Shown here: positions 36,599 to 46,820 of the stretch, piece after piece
Numbering within the stretch: position 1 is the stretch's first letter
Layout: each line of letters begins with the position of its first letter
Origin: an uncultured virus (IMG/VR IMGVR_UViG_3300043446_002182)
Taxonomy: Duplodnaviria; Heunggongvirae; Uroviricota; Caudoviricetes
IMG/VR virus record: IMGVR_UViG_3300043446_002182
Strand: one strand, 5' to 3'
Length of the DNA: 64,000 nt
The notes under the pieces: generated by a model
The model's database searches: none
What the model was told of the DNA's origin: nothing
What the model saw: the letters and a program-made list of their open reading frames with translations, nothing else
Translations under genes and position numbers: made by a program

Positions 36599-37777
36599 AT
36601 GGCTGCTGCAAAGAAATCTTCAAAACACGTAGAACTGGATACAAAAGGAGTCGCCCGTGACGACTTGGCACTTTTGCTTCAAAAGGAAATCAACAAATCT
36701 CAAAAGGATGGTAGCAAGGTTGCTTACTTCTTGGATGAAGAAGAAACTCCGTGGGACATCGTGGAATGGGTTTCTACTGGTGCAACCATGCTTGACTTGG
36801 CAATTTCCAATCGCCCTCACGGTGGTCTTCCCGTCGGAAAAATCATCGAGTTGAGTGGTTTGGAAGGAACTGGTAAGTCTCTGATTTGCGGCCACTTGAT
36901 TGCCGAAACACAGAAGCGTGGTGGCCAAGCAATCTTCTTCGACTCCGAATCCGCCATTGACAAGAATTACTGGCGAGCACTCGGGATTGATGTTGCTCAA
37001 GTTCCTTGCGTAGCATTCACTACTCTCGAAGAACTCTTCACCCGTCTCGAACTGGTCATCGGCACTTTCCGCAAAGTTGCGTCTGACCGATTGCTTACCA
37101 TTTTCGTGGACTCAGTTGCTCAAGCTTCCATTGAAAAGGAAATGGAAGCTGACCACGGTATTGATGGCTACAACACAGGTAAGTCACTCATTCTCGGCAA
37201 GGCAATGCGTAAGATTACAAATCTCATTGCCAAGCAACGCATCCTTCTCGTCTTCACCAATCAACTGCGTTACAACATGAATGCAGGTCCGTTCGGTGAC
37301 AAGTGGATTACTCCCGGTGGTAAGGCACTTTCATATTCTTGTTCAGTGCGCCTCCGTTTGGCAAATCTCGGCAAGGTCAAGAAGGGCGACGAAGTTATTG
37401 GTGTCGAGGCTCAGGCCCAAGTCATCAAGAATCGTTGCGGCCCTAACTACCGCATTGCTGCATTCCAGATTCACTACGATTCCGGCATTCAAGACTTGGC
37501 AAGCTGGCTCGGCTACATGAAGGACAATGGTCTTATCACGGGCACTGCGGCCAAATACACCTACAAGCGTCCAAGTGGTGAGGAACTCCAATTCAACACG
37601 GCAAAGTTTGTCGAGTTGGTGAACACAGATGCCGCTCTGAAAGAAGAAATCTATCAGGTCATCTGCAACAATTACATCATGAAGTATCGTGACCCGAACT
37701 CCAAAATCGTTGAGGATGTTGAGGTTACGGATAACGAAAATGACGACATCACCAAGAACGCTGTTAAAGATGAGTGA
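36599..37777 (+). CDS. uvsX: RecA/UvsX recombinase
   Basis: STG..LD, GLEGTGKS Walker A, DSE, VDSVA, FTNQLR, TPGGKAL, KNR motifs. Confidence 0.95.
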   Translation: MAAAKKSSKHVELDTKGVARDDLALLLQKEINKSQKDGSKVAYFLDEEETPWDIVEWVSTGATMLDLAISNRPHGGLPVGKIIELSGLEGTGKSLICGHLIAETQKRGGQAIFFDSESAIDKNYWRALGIDVAQVPCVAFTTLEELFTRLELVIGTFRKVASDRLLTIFVDSVAQASIEKEMEADHGIDGYNTGKSLILGKAMRKITNLIAKQRILLVFTNQLRYNMNAGPFGDKWITPGGKALSYSCSVRLRLANLGKVKKGDEVIGVEAQAQVIKNRCGPNYRIAAFQIHYDSGIQDLASWLGYMKDNGLITGTAAKYTYKRPSGEELQFNTAKFVELVNTDAALKEEIYQVICNNYIMKYRDPNSKIVEDVEVTDNENDDITKNAVKDE

Positions 37778-37919
37778 ACTTCCAGTAACGCAGGGGGACG
37801 AATGTCCCCCTGTGATTATTCCTGCGGAATTCCCTCGGACAAAAATCACCATTGGTGAACTCATAGACTACGTTGCTCAAGAGGCAACGAAAAAAGTCTT
37901 GAAGAACATTGATTCATGA
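37770..37919 (+). CDS. Small hypothetical protein (49 aa)
   Basis: ATG overlaps the end of uvsX; stop overlaps the next ATG. Confidence 0.45.
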   Translation: MSELPVTQGDECPPVIIPAEFPRTKITIGELIDYVAQEATKKVLKNIDS

Positions 37920-38332
37920 ACCCTTGTTTTGAATGTGGTAGTTCTGAAAATTTGGTGGAACACCATGTTGTTCCTCGTTCTCGGGGAGGAACTAAGACGA
38001 TAGTATTATGCCAACTTTGCCATGACAAAGTTCATGGTTGCCGTCAGAGAAATATCAGTATTTCTCAACTGTCCAAAGAAGGAATCGAGCGTGCTAGATT
38101 GAAAGGGAAAAAACTTGGAAACCCTCGGCCACAAGCGGCGTTTGCTAAAGCTATCATCACCATCAAAAATAAACGAAAGGCGTTCGTTGATAAAATGTCA
38201 GGCGAACTTTCAGGTTATCGTAGCTCTGGAATGACTTTGGATCAAATCGCACAAAAACTTAATGCGGATGGAGTTCCTACGGCTCGTTCTGGTAAATGGA
38301 CTCCAACTGCTGTTCGACGTATTTTAACATGA
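37916..38332 (+). CDS. HNH domain fused to serine-recombinase-type C-terminal DNA-binding region
   Basis: CFECG...HHVVPRSRGG...LCQLCHDKVH, then KEGIERARLKGKKLGNP and TLDQIAQKLN..GVPTARSGKW...VRRIL. Confidence 0.75.
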   Translation: MNPCFECGSSENLVEHHVVPRSRGGTKTIVLCQLCHDKVHGCRQRNISISQLSKEGIERARLKGKKLGNPRPQAAFAKAIITIKNKRKAFVDKMSGELSGYRSSGMTLDQIAQKLNADGVPTARSGKWTPTAVRRILT

Positions 38333-39411
38333 ACCTCTCAGCCGAAGACAGAAGCCGACTCTCGGGCATCCTTAAGAACTTGGGTAACAAGGTCACGGAC
38401 GCTCACAAGAACTGGTCTCGTTCAACCAATTCTGATATTCTGATAGTTGATGGCACGAACACCTTCATTCGTTGTTGGTCTGCAAACCCAGCAATGGATG
38501 AGAATGGCCATCACACAGGCGGCATAGTTGGCTTTCTTAAATCGGTCGGTTACGCCATTAAACTACTCGCACCGACCCGCTGCGTCATTGTGTTCGATGG
38601 CGTCGGCGGGTCTTTCAAACGTCGCCAAATCTTTCCTGAATACAAGGAGAAGCGCAAGGGACGCATCCGCCTCAATCGTGCCTACGAAGAATTAAGTGAT
38701 GTCACGACCGAAGAAGAAAGCTGCATCAAACAGTATCTTCGATTGTTGCATTATCTACAAGTTCTGCCAGTCAACATCCTTTCCATTGACCACGTAGAAG
38801 CTGATGATGTAATAGCTTATCTGGCAACGGACTACTTCAAAGATTCTCGGAAGACATATATCATGTCTTCGGACAAGGATTTTCTACAACTGGCGTCGGA
38901 CAAAATTGCTATTTATTCGCCAACGAAAAAACGAATTTATGGTCCTGCCGAAGTAGTTACTGATTACAACATCCACCCAAACAATTTCGTCCTGTTCCGA
39001 GCAATGGACGGGGATGACTCAGACAACATCAATGGTATTGAGGGTGCGGGCAACAAGACCATTGCTAAACATTTTCCGTGGCTGAATGAACCAGTTGTTC
39101 ATACAATTGATGAAATCGTGCAGAAGGCCGATGGACTCAAGAACAAATACAAGGTTTGCAGCCGAATCGTTGAAAACAAATCCATCATTGAGCGTAACTA
39201 CGCTTTGATGCAATTGAAAGAAACGATGCTGACTACTGTTGCACAGCTACATTGCAACGAAGTTTTGAAGACAGATAAGATTCCTCGGCTCGACCGTGGA
39301 GCGTTTTTCAAGTTGGTGCGTGAGGACTTGATTGATGCAAATTTACCAAACCATACCCAATGGGTAGGCGAAGTATTTAATCCACTGGACACCGTAACTA
39401 GAACTGAATGA
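38329..39411 (+). CDS. rnh: RNase H / 5'-3' exonuclease (T4 Rnh, FEN family)
   Basis: IVDGTN, VFDG, YK..R, EADDVIA, SSDKDFLQL, GD.SDNI.GI.G.G.KT motifs. Confidence 0.93.
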   Translation: MNLSAEDRSRLSGILKNLGNKVTDAHKNWSRSTNSDILIVDGTNTFIRCWSANPAMDENGHHTGGIVGFLKSVGYAIKLLAPTRCVIVFDGVGGSFKRRQIFPEYKEKRKGRIRLNRAYEELSDVTTEEESCIKQYLRLLHYLQVLPVNILSIDHVEADDVIAYLATDYFKDSRKTYIMSSDKDFLQLASDKIAIYSPTKKRIYGPAEVVTDYNIHPNNFVLFRAMDGDDSDNINGIEGAGNKTIAKHFPWLNEPVVHTIDEIVQKADGLKNKYKVCSRIVENKSIIERNYALMQLKETMLTTVAQLHCNEVLKTDKIPRLDRGAFFKLVREDLIDANLPNHTQWVGEVFNPLDTVTRTE

Positions 39412-39971
39412 ATATTATCTTAAATAATAAAGTATTGGATGCAATTGATATGTCGTTTGCAAATCCAACTATATCATTTTCATCCAAAAGTGGATATGAA
39501 CACTATCGGTTTTTAGCTTACATTTCGGGTCTTTTTGAAAATAAAATTTTAATTGATATTGGAACTCGTGTAGGTTCCTCTGCGATTGCAATGGCAAGAA
39601 GTGGAAAAACAATTGTTCATTCATTTGATATTGAAGATATTCCGGGAAAGGTAACTTTTCCGAATGTTACTTATCATGTGTGTGATGTTCTTAAGTCTGA
39701 CCATCAGACAATGATTTTGGGGTCTCCGTTCATTTCACTTGATACCGCACATGATGGTGTATTTGAACGTCAGTTTCTTGAGTTTTTACGACAGAATAAA
39801 TATAGGGGTATTCTGTATCTGGATGATATTAACACTGATATGTTTGGAGAAATGCGGAAGGTTTGGGCTGAAATTGGGGAAACAAAAATTGACATTACTA
39901 AATATGGTCATTTTTCCGGTTCCGGAATTGTTATTTTTGATACAGAAAATGTAAATGTTATTTGTGAATAA
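39408..39971 (+). CDS. Class I SAM-dependent methyltransferase
   Basis: IDIGTRVGSS, FDI, LDTAH, LDDI motifs. Confidence 0.8.
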   Translation: MNIILNNKVLDAIDMSFANPTISFSSKSGYEHYRFLAYISGLFENKILIDIGTRVGSSAIAMARSGKTIVHSFDIEDIPGKVTFPNVTYHVCDVLKSDHQTMILGSPFISLDTAHDGVFERQFLEFLRQNKYRGILYLDDINTDMFGEMRKVWAEIGETKIDITKYGHFSGSGIVIFDTENVNVICE

Positions 39972-39973
39972 AT

Positions 39974-40270
39974 ATGAAAAAGTATAAACTGCTTCGTTTC
40001 GGAAAATCTTACATCAACCGCACAGGGGATTTTGTGGTATCATTGATGTATGGTGACAAAAAACATGGTTATGTTTTTGCTGCCCAACACGCTAATCCTA
40101 CCGTATGGCTCGGTACGGTGCAAACACTAAGCCGTGTTGTGCCGAATGATGGTAACTGGATTGATATAACTCCTGAACAGTTCAATGTAGCGTCCGCATT
40201 GATGATTTCCGGGATGACCATGCAACTTACGGCTAATACTACAGTTGTTTCACCATTTTCAAACATATGA
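39974..40270 (+). CDS. Hypothetical protein
   Basis: 98-aa ORF tightly packed in the operon. Confidence 0.6.
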   Translation: MKKYKLLRFGKSYINRTGDFVVSLMYGDKKHGYVFAAQHANPTVWLGTVQTLSRVVPNDGNWIDITPEQFNVASALMISGMTMQLTANTTVVSPFSNI

Positions 40271-40620
40271 GATTACATCATCATTCCAGTAATGAGCGAA
40301 TTTCTGGAAGTTTTTGGTGGGGGATTCAAAAAAATGCCAAAAAGCGTGGACTTGTATTTGACCTTGATAAAAAAGCTATGTGGGATCTTTTTTTGATTCA
40401 AAATGGAAAATGTGCATTGAGCGGTGTAGAAATATATTTTGGAAAGGGATTAACTCGTAAAGGACAGACTGCCTCTATAGACCGAATTGATTCATCAAAA
40501 GGATACGTAATTGGAAATGTTAGATGGGTGCATAAAATAGTAAATCAAATGAAATGGTCTATTTCTGACGAGGATTTCTTGAATTGGATTAGATGTATAG
40601 CCAATCATCAGAAATTATGA
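40267..40620 (+). CDS. HNH-like endonuclease
   Basis: KCALSG...ASIDRIDSSKGYVIGNVRWVHKIVNQMK. Confidence 0.8.
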   Translation: MRLHHHSSNERISGSFWWGIQKNAKKRGLVFDLDKKAMWDLFLIQNGKCALSGVEIYFGKGLTRKGQTASIDRIDSSKGYVIGNVRWVHKIVNQMKWSISDEDFLNWIRCIANHQKL

Positions 40621-40736
40621 CTCGTCAATTTTTTATAATGAGAATAGACGCCACAATGTTTTCGGGTTCCAGTTATTATAAGTTTACTCCTTACCGATAT
40701 GTTGGTAAGATGTGGCAGTAAGATGAAAGAAGACCT

Positions 40737-42125
40737 ATGGATAATGTAACTCCTGAAGTGAACACACTGAAGACTTACGGGCCAGTGTTCCAAACAAAAT
40801 GTATCGCAAATCTCGTCTCCGACCGAGCGTTCTTGGAACGGATTGTGGACATTCTGTCGCCCGATTATTTTGAGACCGACGCTCACAAGTGGATTGTTAA
40901 GTTCGTTTCCGAATACTTTCCCAAGTATCGGGAAATCCCGACGATGGAAGTTTTCGCCGTTGAAATTCAACGCCTTCCTGATGCTGTTCTCCAAGAAGCC
41001 GTCAAAGCACAAGTCACGGCGGCATACAAAGTCGTATCGTCCACCGACCGAGAACACATCAAAGAAACCGTTCTTCAATTCTGTAAAAACCAGAAGTTGA
41101 AGAATGCCATTTGGGATGCTCATGAGTATTTGAAAAAGGGTGATTATGACAGCATTTGGCATGTCATCAACGAAGCCTCCCGAGCGGGTATGGAACGCAA
41201 CCTTGGGCATGATTACATGCTTGACGTTGACCAGCGATTCTCTGCCGCCGCCCGTGACGTGATTAAGACCAATTGGCCAATCATTGACACCCATTTGGAT
41301 GGTGGACTCGGTAAGGGTGAACTCGGATTCATCGTCGCTCCTGCTGGTAGCGGTAAGTCGTGGTTCTTGGCTCGCCTTGGTGCGGAAGCCATGAAGCAAG
41401 GCAAGAATGTGATGCATATCACTCTTGAGTTGAATGAGAAGTATGTCGGCCTTCGTTACGATGCAATCTTCTCTGGCATCGCTTTCCAAGAAGTTCGGAA
41501 CAACATTCCTGCGGTCAAGAAATCCCTCGAAGGAATCCCCGGCAAATTGTTCATCAAATACTTCCCCATCAAGACTGCATCGGCAGCGACCATCAAGATG
41601 CATATTGACCGTCTGCAACTGATAATGGGTATCAAGATTGACCTGTTGGTTGTGGATTATGCCGACTTGCTTCGCCCGTTTGTTCATGACAAGAATGCCA
41701 ACTCCTACAGTGATGGCGGCAGTGTCTATGAAGAAATTCGTGCGGTTCTCGGTGAATTGCAAATTCCCGGTTGGACTGCTTCTCAGTCGAATCGTGGCGC
41801 ACACGAAGAGGAAGTCATCGAAGCCCACAACGTTTCCGAAAGCTACAAGAAAATCATGACTGGTGATTTCATCATGTCGCTGTCACGTAAGACAGAAGAC
41901 AAGATGGCGGGCACTGGTCGTATTCTTGTGATGAAGAATCGTTTCGGTCCCGATGGACTTATCTACCCCTGCGAGTTTGACACGTCATGTGGCAAAATCA
42001 ACATCTACGACAAAGACTCGGTTGAAGGCATGGAAATTCTTTCCAAGGCCAAGACTGCTCAAGAAAGTATGAAGGACATCGTTCGCAAGCGTTGGAAAGA
42101 AACGCACGACGAATCTTCAGACTAA
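40737..42125 (+). CDS. Replicative helicase (T4 gp41/DnaB-like)
   Basis: APAGSGKS Walker A, TLEL, VVDYADLL, WTASQSNR, KNRFG motifs. Confidence 0.95.
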   Translation: MDNVTPEVNTLKTYGPVFQTKCIANLVSDRAFLERIVDILSPDYFETDAHKWIVKFVSEYFPKYREIPTMEVFAVEIQRLPDAVLQEAVKAQVTAAYKVVSSTDREHIKETVLQFCKNQKLKNAIWDAHEYLKKGDYDSIWHVINEASRAGMERNLGHDYMLDVDQRFSAAARDVIKTNWPIIDTHLDGGLGKGELGFIVAPAGSGKSWFLARLGAEAMKQGKNVMHITLELNEKYVGLRYDAIFSGIAFQEVRNNIPAVKKSLEGIPGKLFIKYFPIKTASAATIKMHIDRLQLIMGIKIDLLVVDYADLLRPFVHDKNANSYSDGGSVYEEIRAVLGELQIPGWTASQSNRGAHEEEVIEAHNVSESYKKIMTGDFIMSLSRKTEDKMAGTGRILVMKNRFGPDGLIYPCEFDTSCGKINIYDKDSVEGMEILSKAKTAQESMKDIVRKRWKETHDESSD

Positions 42126-42215
42126 ATATCTCCCGAAACTTTTGAAGTGCGTTGCTGAGAAAAATTTTTCAGCAACGTTACCTTCTATAAATATCTACTT
42201 ATACGTTACGCTAAA

Positions 42216-44219
42216 ATGCAAACGAAACTTTACACTATGGATAAATTCAGACTGACCGACACCTTCCTCGACAAATACAAAAGAACCAAACCCCCATTCG
42301 GATTCAACGGCCTCGGTGAACTTGTTTACTTACGAACATATTCACGCATCAAAGAGAACGGTGATAACGAAAAATGGTGGGAAACCGTGCAACGTGTTGT
42401 AGAAGGCACGTTTAACATGCAGAAAAAGTGGATTGAAACCCATCGCCTTGGGTGGAATGCCATGAAAGCACAAAAATCTGCCCAAGAAATGTATGACCGC
42501 ATGTTCAACATGAAGTTCCTTCCTCCGGGTCGGGGACTGTGGGCAATGGGCACTCCAATCACAGAAGAACGTGGCATCTTTGCTGCCCTTAACAACTGTG
42601 CATTCGTATCAACCGCAACAATTAAGGAGGACTTGTCCAAAGCATTTTGCTTTTTGATGGATATGTCCATGCTTGGGGTCGGCGTTGGATTCGACTGCAA
42701 AGGTGAGGGAAAGATTGAAGTCTGTAAGCCCACCGCAAGTGAAGACAACACGTTCGTCATCCCCGACACTCGTGAAGGATGGGTTGAAGCTACCAGACAA
42801 CTCATTGACTCCTATTTCCTTGGGACAAAAGAAATCAAGTTTGACTACTCTCAAATTCGCAAGGAAGGTCTGCCTATCAAGGGCTTCGGGGGCGTATCCT
42901 CTGGTCCTCAACCGTTGATTGAAGTCCACCGTGACATTCGCAAGGTTTTGGATAAGAACGCTGGCAAGCCAATTACAACCACTACCATCGTTGACATCAT
43001 GAACTTGATTGGTAAGTGTGTGGTGGCTGGTAACGTTCGCCGCACGGCTGAAATTGTGTTCGGTGATTACAAGTCATCTGAATACTTGGATTTGAAGAAT
43101 TACAAAGTCAATCCTCAACGTGAGGAATATGGTTGGACTTCCAACAACTCCATTTTCTGCGACCTCGGAATGGACTATACCGAGTCGGCCAATCGCACCA
43201 AGATTAACGGCGAGCCGGGGTTTGCTTGGCTGGAAAACATGAAGGGATATTCCCGCATGAACAACGGCAAAGACAACAAAGACCATCGGGTTGAAGGTGG
43301 AAATCCATGTTTGGAACAAAGCCTTGAATCGTATGAACTCTGCTGCTTGGTTGAAACCTTCCCATTCAATCATGATTCCCTCGAAGACTACTTGATTACC
43401 CTTAAGTATGCCTATCTTTACGCCAAGACAGTTACTCTTGGACAAACTCATTGGGCAGAAACCAATCGAGTCATGTTGCGTAACCGTCGTATCGGTTGCA
43501 GTATGAGCGGTATCGCACAGTTCGTTGGAAAGCATGGTTTGCATGAATTCAAGAACTGGTGTGAAACGGGCTACAAGAAGTTGGAATACTATGATGAAGT
43601 CTATTCGGATTGGCTGGCTATTCCGAAGAGCATCAAGAAGACTTCTATCAAACCATCGGGAACGGTCAGTTTGTTGGCTGGTGCGACTCCCGGCATCCAC
43701 TATCCTGAGAACGTGTATTACATTCGTCGTATGCGTCTCTCGAAGCACAGTGACTTGATTCAGCCGTTGAAAGACGCTGGCTACAAGATTGAGCCGTGCT
43801 ACGGGTCGGAAACAACCACGTTGGTTGTTGAGATTCCAGTCAAGATTGGTGACAACATTCGTCCTGTTCGTGACGTTAGCATTTGGGAGCAGGCAGCGAT
43901 GGCTGCGTTCTTGCAACGGTATTGGGCAGACAATCAGGTGTCCTGCACAATTTCTTTCCGTAAGGAAGAGGCGGAACAAATCAAGCATGTGCTCAACTTC
44001 TATCAATATCAGCTAAAAGGCATATCATTTTTGCCATTGCTGGAAAGTGGTGGAACGTATCGGCAAATGCCATATGAGGCCATTACGGAGAAGAAGTATA
44101 ACGAGTTGGTGGACAAACTCAGCCCAATTCGCTTCAAACACATCAAGAATGAAGAGGCGGACGTTGAGAAGTTCTGTAACAACGATGTCTGCGAAATAAA
44201 GCCAAAAGCCGCCAAATAA
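42216..44219 (+). CDS. nrdJ: Class II (adenosylcobalamin) ribonucleotide reductase, monomeric RTPR type
   Basis: RTYSR, PPGRGLW, NNC, GNVRRTAE, NPCLEQ, CCLVE, TSIKPSGTVS, C-terminal C....C. Start may be 42237. Confidence 0.92.
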   Translation: MQTKLYTMDKFRLTDTFLDKYKRTKPPFGFNGLGELVYLRTYSRIKENGDNEKWWETVQRVVEGTFNMQKKWIETHRLGWNAMKAQKSAQEMYDRMFNMKFLPPGRGLWAMGTPITEERGIFAALNNCAFVSTATIKEDLSKAFCFLMDMSMLGVGVGFDCKGEGKIEVCKPTASEDNTFVIPDTREGWVEATRQLIDSYFLGTKEIKFDYSQIRKEGLPIKGFGGVSSGPQPLIEVHRDIRKVLDKNAGKPITTTTIVDIMNLIGKCVVAGNVRRTAEIVFGDYKSSEYLDLKNYKVNPQREEYGWTSNNSIFCDLGMDYTESANRTKINGEPGFAWLENMKGYSRMNNGKDNKDHRVEGGNPCLEQSLESYELCCLVETFPFNHDSLEDYLITLKYAYLYAKTVTLGQTHWAETNRVMLRNRRIGCSMSGIAQFVGKHGLHEFKNWCETGYKKLEYYDEVYSDWLAIPKSIKKTSIKPSGTVSLLAGATPGIHYPENVYYIRRMRLSKHSDLIQPLKDAGYKIEPCYGSETTTLVVEIPVKIGDNIRPVRDVSIWEQAAMAAFLQRYWADNQVSCTISFRKEEAEQIKHVLNFYQYQLKGISFLPLLESGGTYRQMPYEAITEKKYNELVDKLSPIRFKHIKNEEADVEKFCNNDVCEIKPKAAK

Positions 44220-44232
44220 TCTGCTTAGGAAC

Positions 44233-44274
44233 AAAAGAGACCCGTGAACTTTTTTTAGGTTTACGGGTCTCTTT
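44233..44274. terminator. Hairpin terminator after nrdJ
   Basis: aaagagacccgtgaac...gtttacgggtctcttt. Confidence 0.75.
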
Positions 44275-44312
44275 CTATATTTATAACCATAACACAATGT
44301 CTGTGGATACCT

Positions 44313-44702
44313 ATGCTTGATGTCAATGTCTTAATCACAATTCTGCCGCCCATTTTGGCAGCAGTTTTTGCGTATTTGATTGCCCGCAAACGTAATGCGG
44401 CCTCGGAACGAGTCAATCGTGCCAAGATAGAGGCTGATGTCCAAACGCAGGCATTGCAAATAGTCCGGGGTGTAATGAATGACATGCGTGACGAGTTCAA
44501 GCGTGAAATTGACGCCCTTCACAATGAAAACAAATCTCTTCGAGAAGAGATTGAAGAAAACAAAAGCCGACTTATGGTCCTTCAGAAACAATTGGTTGCC
44601 AGCGATGAGTTGGTAGAAACCATGCGGTCGGAAATTTCAGCCCTCAAAAAGACTCTGGCTGTGTATGAAGCAGAGATTGAGCGTTTGAGAAAGAGCGAAT
44701 AA
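44313..44702 (+). CDS. N-terminal TM plus coiled-coil protein (possible holin-like)
   Basis: Hydrophobic N-terminus followed by RKR; late motif at 44278. Confidence 0.55.
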   Translation: MLDVNVLITILPPILAAVFAYLIARKRNAASERVNRAKIEADVQTQALQIVRGVMNDMRDEFKREIDALHNENKSLREEIEENKSRLMVLQKQLVASDELVETMRSEISALKKTLAVYEAEIERLRKSE

Positions 44703-44707
44703 AATCT

Positions 44708-45022
44708 ATGACTGGTTTATTGGTTAAGAAGTATCATGTAGCTGTTTTCTCGTCCGACGACGGCTTTGTGACTCAGGTTGTAAGTGCTCTCAAAGAATGG
44801 TATAACAACCAAGTCGTCATCAAAACTTACGGGGATACCCATGAGTTTTTCGAGGCAATCAACGTCAATAAAGCCAAGAAACAACCCTTTGACTGTGCGG
44901 TGCTTGCTCCCCGCAACGACGCCGAAAAAATGGTGCTTCGTCAGTCCAACCCAAATCTTCGGGTAATCGTTTGCAAGGATGCCCAAAACATCCCAGCACA
45001 GGTATCCCGAGGTATGTTATAA
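44708..45022 (+). CDS. Stand-alone pseudo-receiver (CheY-like) domain
   Basis: HVAVFSSDD...PFDCAVLA...LRQSNPNLRVIVC pattern; Ala at the expected phosphoacceptor position. Confidence 0.5.
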   Translation: MTGLLVKKYHVAVFSSDDGFVTQVVSALKEWYNNQVVIKTYGDTHEFFEAINVNKAKKQPFDCAVLAPRNDAEKMVLRQSNPNLRVIVCKDAQNIPAQVSRGML

Positions 45023-45081
45023 AATCACCTTTTCCGCAACCAGAGCCATATTTATAAGTAGCGAAATATAAATACACTGCC

Positions 45082-45813
45082 ATGCAACCAGACAAATTTC
45101 ACAATCTCGTTCGTCGTATTCTCAAGGAAGAAATGGAAAAGACTTCCGCAGTGGGAGTAAAGTCCCAAACCCGCCTTCCTGAAATGAATGGTAACGGCGT
45201 TGACCCCGAGAAGAAGACCAAGACGTTTGCGACCGACGCTAACAGCCGTGATGCCTCAAACAAAGAAGCTTTGCTTGCCGACTTGATTGATTTCGTTGGC
45301 AAGAAGGACGAGAGCGTAAGTATCGTGTGGGATGACCACGACGATATTATGGTCAATGGCCGTGATTTGAAATACATTCGTGTTTCGCCTCGGTGGGAAG
45401 ATTCCTATGTCGTCGAAATGATGACTCGGAACGAAGACCGAGTTCTAGTTACTGGATTGACTTGGAAGCAAGTTAAGGAATTCGTCAAGAACAACATTTC
45501 TGGCACTACAACTACTACTGAAAAAGCTTACGACAAATCATATCGTAATCGTGAAGACCAAACTCCTGCACCTGACAAGGGATTGCCACAAAAGGACAAG
45601 CCCGCAATTAAGCCGCTTACCAACGAAGACCCAAAGACTGCAAAGAACAAAGACAAAGACTTCACAGAAAAAGACGTTAAGAAGGAAGAAGATTTGCCAG
45701 ACAAGCCGATGAAAGAAGTTGGTGATTTCAAGAAACAAGATTCACACAAAGTCAAAGACCCGGTTAAACTTCGCAAACGCAAACCAGACACCAAGCTTAC
45801 GGTTAAACCCTGA
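45082..45813 (+). CDS. Hypothetical late protein with Lys/Asp-rich tail
   Basis: TATTTATA at 45049; N-terminal LVRRILKEE. Confidence 0.7.
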   Translation: MQPDKFHNLVRRILKEEMEKTSAVGVKSQTRLPEMNGNGVDPEKKTKTFATDANSRDASNKEALLADLIDFVGKKDESVSIVWDDHDDIMVNGRDLKYIRVSPRWEDSYVVEMMTRNEDRVLVTGLTWKQVKEFVKNNISGTTTTTEKAYDKSYRNREDQTPAPDKGLPQKDKPAIKPLTNEDPKTAKNKDKDFTEKDVKKEEDLPDKPMKEVGDFKKQDSHKVKDPVKLRKRKPDTKLTVKP

Positions 45814-45831
45814 TTCATTTTCAATCTTCAA

Positions 45832-45860
45832 CAGCACGTCCTTCGGGACGTGCTTTTTTG
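45832..45860 (+). terminator. Intrinsic terminator
   Basis: agcacgtcc-ttcg-ggacgtgct-ttttt. Confidence 0.85.
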
Positions 45861-45896
45861 TTGACTTCCAACCCGAGTTATGCCATACTCGGTAGA

Positions 45897-46820
45897 ATGA
45901 GTGAAGTAGATTTTGACAAAATCATCCGCAACGCTGCCTCCACAAAACCCAAAGAACTGATTATCAGTGATTTGAAGTGGAAGTATTTGCTGCGAGCCGT
46001 TTTACGGGGTAAAAACGTGATGATTGTAGGCCCGTCGGGGTGCGCCAAGACAATGGCAGCACGATGCGTTGCCGCCCAACTTGGGCGACCATTTGAGAAG
46101 TTCAACATTGGCTCAACGCAAGATGCCCGTGCAACGTTGATTGGCAACACGACCTACAAAAAGGAATTGGGCACAGTCTTCCACCAATCGGCATTTGTCA
46201 AAGCCATCACTACACCCAACACCGTCGTTCTCCTTGACGAATTTACTCGTGGCACACACGACGCATGGAACATTCTGATGACCGTCACAGACCCAATTCA
46301 GCGTTGCCTTCGCCTTGATGAATCGGAAGACAGTCAAGTTATCACTGTTGCCGATGGAGTGTGTTTCATTGCTACAGCAAACATTGGTAACGAATATACG
46401 GCAACCAAAGTTCTTGACAAGGCATCTGCCCGTCGTTTCCCAATCAAGTTGGAAATGAATCCACTCTCGGCACAGGAACTCAGGAATTTGTTTACGATTC
46501 TCTTCGACCTTCGGACTCCCGAACAGGAAAAGTTGATGACGTTGCTCACCAATGTCTATGAAGATTTGATTGAACAATCTCGGATGGAAGACGCCTCCAT
46601 TTCAACTATCATCCCTCCTGCCAACATGGTCGAAATGGCTGAGTTGGTGATGGATGGGTTTAACCTTGAAGAGATTGCCGAGGCTGCTATTTATCCAGAG
46701 TATCCCGATGAAGGTGGGGCAGACAGCGAACGGGCGTTCGTGAAATCCATTTTGCAGAAGTATTTCCCCAAGGATGTCAAGAGTCCCATCAATGACCCTC
46801 GGAAAAAGAAGCCGTTTTAA
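45897..46820 (+). CDS. MoxR-family AAA+ ATPase (CbbQ/NirQ/CobS-like)
   Basis: GPSGCAKT, LLDEFTR, ATAN, LDKA..RRF motifs; sigma70-like TTGACT-N17-CATACT just upstream. Confidence 0.9.
   Translation: MSEVDFDKIIRNAASTKPKELIISDLKWKYLLRAVLRGKNVMIVGPSGCAKTMAARCVAAQLGRPFEKFNIGSTQDARATLIGNTTYKKELGTVFHQSAFVKAITTPNTVVLLDEFTRGTHDAWNILMTVTDPIQRCLRLDESEDSQVITVADGVCFIATANIGNEYTATKVLDKASARRFPIKLEMNPLSAQELRNLFTILFDLRTPEQEKLMTLLTNVYEDLIEQSRMEDASISTIIPPANMVEMAELVMDGFNLEEIAEAAIYPEYPDEGGADSERAFVKSILQKYFPKDVKSPINDPRKKKPF

Noticed and set aside
42148..42193. Hairpin plus sense-strand TATAAATA before nrdJ as a T4-type late promoter
   Set aside because: An isolated case; the hairpin is more simply a terminator, and a TACTTATA variant of the phage's own motif lies just downstream.
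36599..44219. Inteins or introns in UvsX, helicase or RNR
   Set aside because: Lengths and motif spacing look normal; no splice motifs or interruptions seen.
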